A program made the position numbers and the translations under genes. DNA of 64,000 nt from Lingula anatina (taxonomy: Eukaryota; Animalia; Brachiopoda). The notes beneath the pieces are model-generated. The model saw only the letters and a program-made list of their open reading frames with translations. It was not told the DNA's origin and made no database searches. The stretch spans positions 21,080,001 through 21,144,000 of the forward strand of contig CM120641.1 of NCBI GenBank assembly GCA_051362555.1, in the 5' to 3' direction. This document shows positions 62,201-64,000 of this stretch, in pieces (the first letter of the stretch is position 1; the number at the start of each line of letters is the position of its first letter).

Positions 62201-64000
62201 ATTTTTAATAATAAAATATACGTATCATGGATTTTCAGAAAATGTGACTAGCATGGGTCTTCAAGCCCATGGAACTTCAAAGTCACACCTTGAAAATGCC
62301 AATATGTGAAAAATTAAATTTTCACAAAAAAAAACTGTTTAACTAGCAGAAAGAATTACCAAACAGACTGCATTGCCTACTGAAGCTGTATTTTAGTCCC
62401 ATGTTTCTTTCCTGTAAGTTTGAGAACAGTAAGTGACATGATTTTTCTTAAATGGTCATCATGGGAGCAGTGCCTAAAATATTTTTTTCCAAATTTTGAT
62501 GCAATATTACATAACGTTTAACAGCATAATGAACATCAATTTTTAATACTAAAATATTAGTATTATGGATATTTAGAAAATGTGACTAGCTAAGGTCTTC
62601 AGGCCCATGGAACTTCAAAGTCACAACTTGAAAATGCCAAAATGTAAACAAGACAGCACTGTTCTGAAATGTTTTTTTTTCTCCATTTTTAACACTTTTT
62701 TAACATAAAACAAAATTAACAGTTTACTGCCATTTTTATATGATCAACTAAGAAAATTGATGAGATGTGAAAAATATCAATAAAACGGTGTCAAATGTCC
62801 AATTTCCTCCATTCTGAGTTTCTGAACATAGTGAATGATTGAATCTTACAAACTGCAATGATATGAGTTTATTTCCATTTTTGACATCTTATTACACAAT
62901 ACACGATAACAAGTTTACCATCATTTTTAAGTAATTAACTAACAATGTTGTAAAGATGCAGGAAATGTCAAACAAACACTTTTACTTATCTTATTAATTA
63001 AATAATGAGACTGTTAACATGCCTAAGAATTGAATCTGAGGAAATGTGAAAAAACAGCATAACTTATAAAATAATGGTCCGATTATGCTGATTTTCGAAC
63101 TTGACCTGCGTTTTAGTAAGATTGATTACTCCTGTGAGTTTCATGACAACAGGCCTATGGGTTTTCCTTGAAATGTGTTAACAGTGTTGCATATATGCTG
63201 AAAAGTGAAAAAACAGCATAACTACTAAAATAGTGGTCCGATCATGCCGATTTTCGAACTTGATCTGCGTTTTAGTAAGATTGATTACTCCTGTGAGTTT
63301 CATGACAACAGGCCTATCAGTTTTCCTTGAAATGTGTTAACAGTGTTGCATATATGCTGAAAAGTGAAAAAATGAAAAAAAACAGCATAACTACTAAAAT
63401 AGTGGCCCGATCATGCCGATTTTCGAACTTGACCTGCATTTTAGTAAGATTGATTACTCCTGTGAGTTTCATAACAATAGGCCTAACGGTTTTCCTTAAA
63501 ATGTGTTAACAAGGTTGCATATATGCTGAAAAGTGAAAAAACAGCATAACTTCTACAAAAATGGCCCGATCATGCTGATTTTCGAACTTGACCTGCATTT
63601 CATGGATATTCATCAGCTCTGTAAATATAAAGCCAAAAAGTAAAACTGCCTTCCTCTTATCGTGTTAACAAGGAAAGTGCACGGCATCGGCGACGGCGAC
63701 GACAGACGCAGGTGATGGCAATATGTACAGACACATCTGTGTCTGTACATAAAAATGCATATTTTGAAACTTACTATTGGATTTTTATGACAGCAGAAGT
63801 CTCTAGCTATAACAATAGTGAAATGGGTAAATTTAAATTTTGAGGTAAAAAGCACTGTGTAAAATTAGGATAAAATTGACAAAAAGTTATTTTTGCCCAT
63901 ATTTTTTCATAACAAAAATGTACCTAGGCTTACCTTGCTCTGCATTCAAAACATGGCAAAACTCTCTCCTGTTATTTTCATCAACCTCTAAACGTTTTCT
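54861..64000 (-). CDS. MBIP: MAP3K12-binding inhibitory protein 1 (ATAC complex subunit); last 6 coding exons, 5' part outside the window
   Basis: Exons 63934->64000, 61669-61740, 61295-61477, 59010-59107, 58665-58727 and 54861-54941, in frame and GT-AG. RKRLEVDENNRREFC, NCARTDAVF, KSHVKVSRVVNAYGPQT, ERLMNMEAHL and DVFQRLKKLEERILYLESISPEYF match conserved MBIP blocks as recalled from the human protein. Confidence 0.92.
55114..55173. repeat. (TG)n/(GA)n microsatellite
   Basis: Read directly from the sequence. Confidence 0.9.
58665..58727 (-). CDS. MBIP: MBIP exon (IQQPKRRKENEPRTKMYGEWQ)
   Basis: ccttcacag|ATC ... CAG|gtgagc; phase 0-0; KRRK motif as in the human protein. Confidence 0.82.
59010..59107 (-). 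CDS. MBIP: MBIP exon (EGKRQTDVFQRLKKLEERILYLESISPEYFQKN)
   Basis: atttcag|AGGG ... AAT|gtgagt. Confidence 0.92.
59690..60867 (+). CDS. LINE ORF2 reverse transcriptase, C-terminal ~390 aa (no true start codon)
   Basis: LLDLSAAFD, GVPQGSVLGPLLFSLY, FADDTQIY, LNDTKTE, RNLGV, SKLDYCNS, HITPVLKELHWLP, GDRAF..APKLWNKLP and FKACLKTHLF in one uninterrupted frame. Confidence 0.9.
59690..61115 (+). mobile_element. 5'-truncated L2-clade (CR1 group) LINE, antisense in an MBIP intron
   Basis: RT ORF followed by an AT-rich 3'UTR, stem-loop AGTGCATT...AATGCGCT (61045-61076), ATATAAGAAATAAA and a (TTA)n tail at 61091-61115. The 5' boundary is approximate. Confidence 0.9.
61295..61477 (-). CDS. MBIP: MBIP exon (VSRVVNAYGPQT...ERLMNMEAHLQMYT)
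   Basis: acattctag|TTTCT ... ACAG|gtaact. Confidence 0.92.
61669..61740 (-). CDS. MBIP: MBIP exon (ENSNNCARTDAVFIPSSSGKSHVK)
   Basis: cttcgtag|AAAAC ... AAAG|gtagga. Confidence 0.92.
61780..63755 (-). mobile_element. DINE-1/HINE-like element, full-length copy E (~2.0 kb) in an MBIP intron
   Basis: Same termini as copy D (AACAAGGCAGCAAAGCTGTC ... GTGTCTGTACATAAAAA). Internal ~158-170-bp repeats, with ATTTTCGAAC at ~63091, 63250, 63420 and 63578. Confidence 0.8.
63934..64000 (-). CDS. MBIP: MBIP exon, partial (RKRLEVDENNRREFCHVLNAEQ)
   Basis: CAAG|gtaagc donor; runs off the right edge of the window. Confidence 0.9.

Overview
AT-rich, intron-rich animal genomic DNA. It is probably a mollusc or other lophotrochozoan, inferred only from repeat style and the CpG pattern. 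I rebuilt three conserved genes by hand from GT-AG junctions and reading frame. (1) POLR1C/RPAC1: the last 7 coding exons (+, 2610-5707). (2) PTK7/off-track receptor pseudokinase: complete, 17 exons, 1128 aa, 7 Ig domains (-, 7808-46608), tail-to-tail with POLR1C. (3) MBIP: the last 6 exons (-, 54861 to beyond 64000). The CpG-rich gap between PTK7 and MBIP holds the most interesting element: a likely two-exon secreted precursor (+, 50787-51774) with a signal peptide, an RTKR furin site and a 51-aa mature peptide whose six cysteines are spaced like eclosion hormone. Mobile DNA includes five copies or fragments of one DINE-1/HINE-like (Helentron-associated) element with internal ~160-bp tandem arrays, a young 5'-truncated L2-clade LINE, two small MITEs, a ~560-bp fold-back palindrome upstream of PTK7 and a probable decayed Penelope-like element. 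I also found a candidate frame-preserving 51-nt PTK7 cassette exon. No database searches were run; family assignments rest on recalled motifs.
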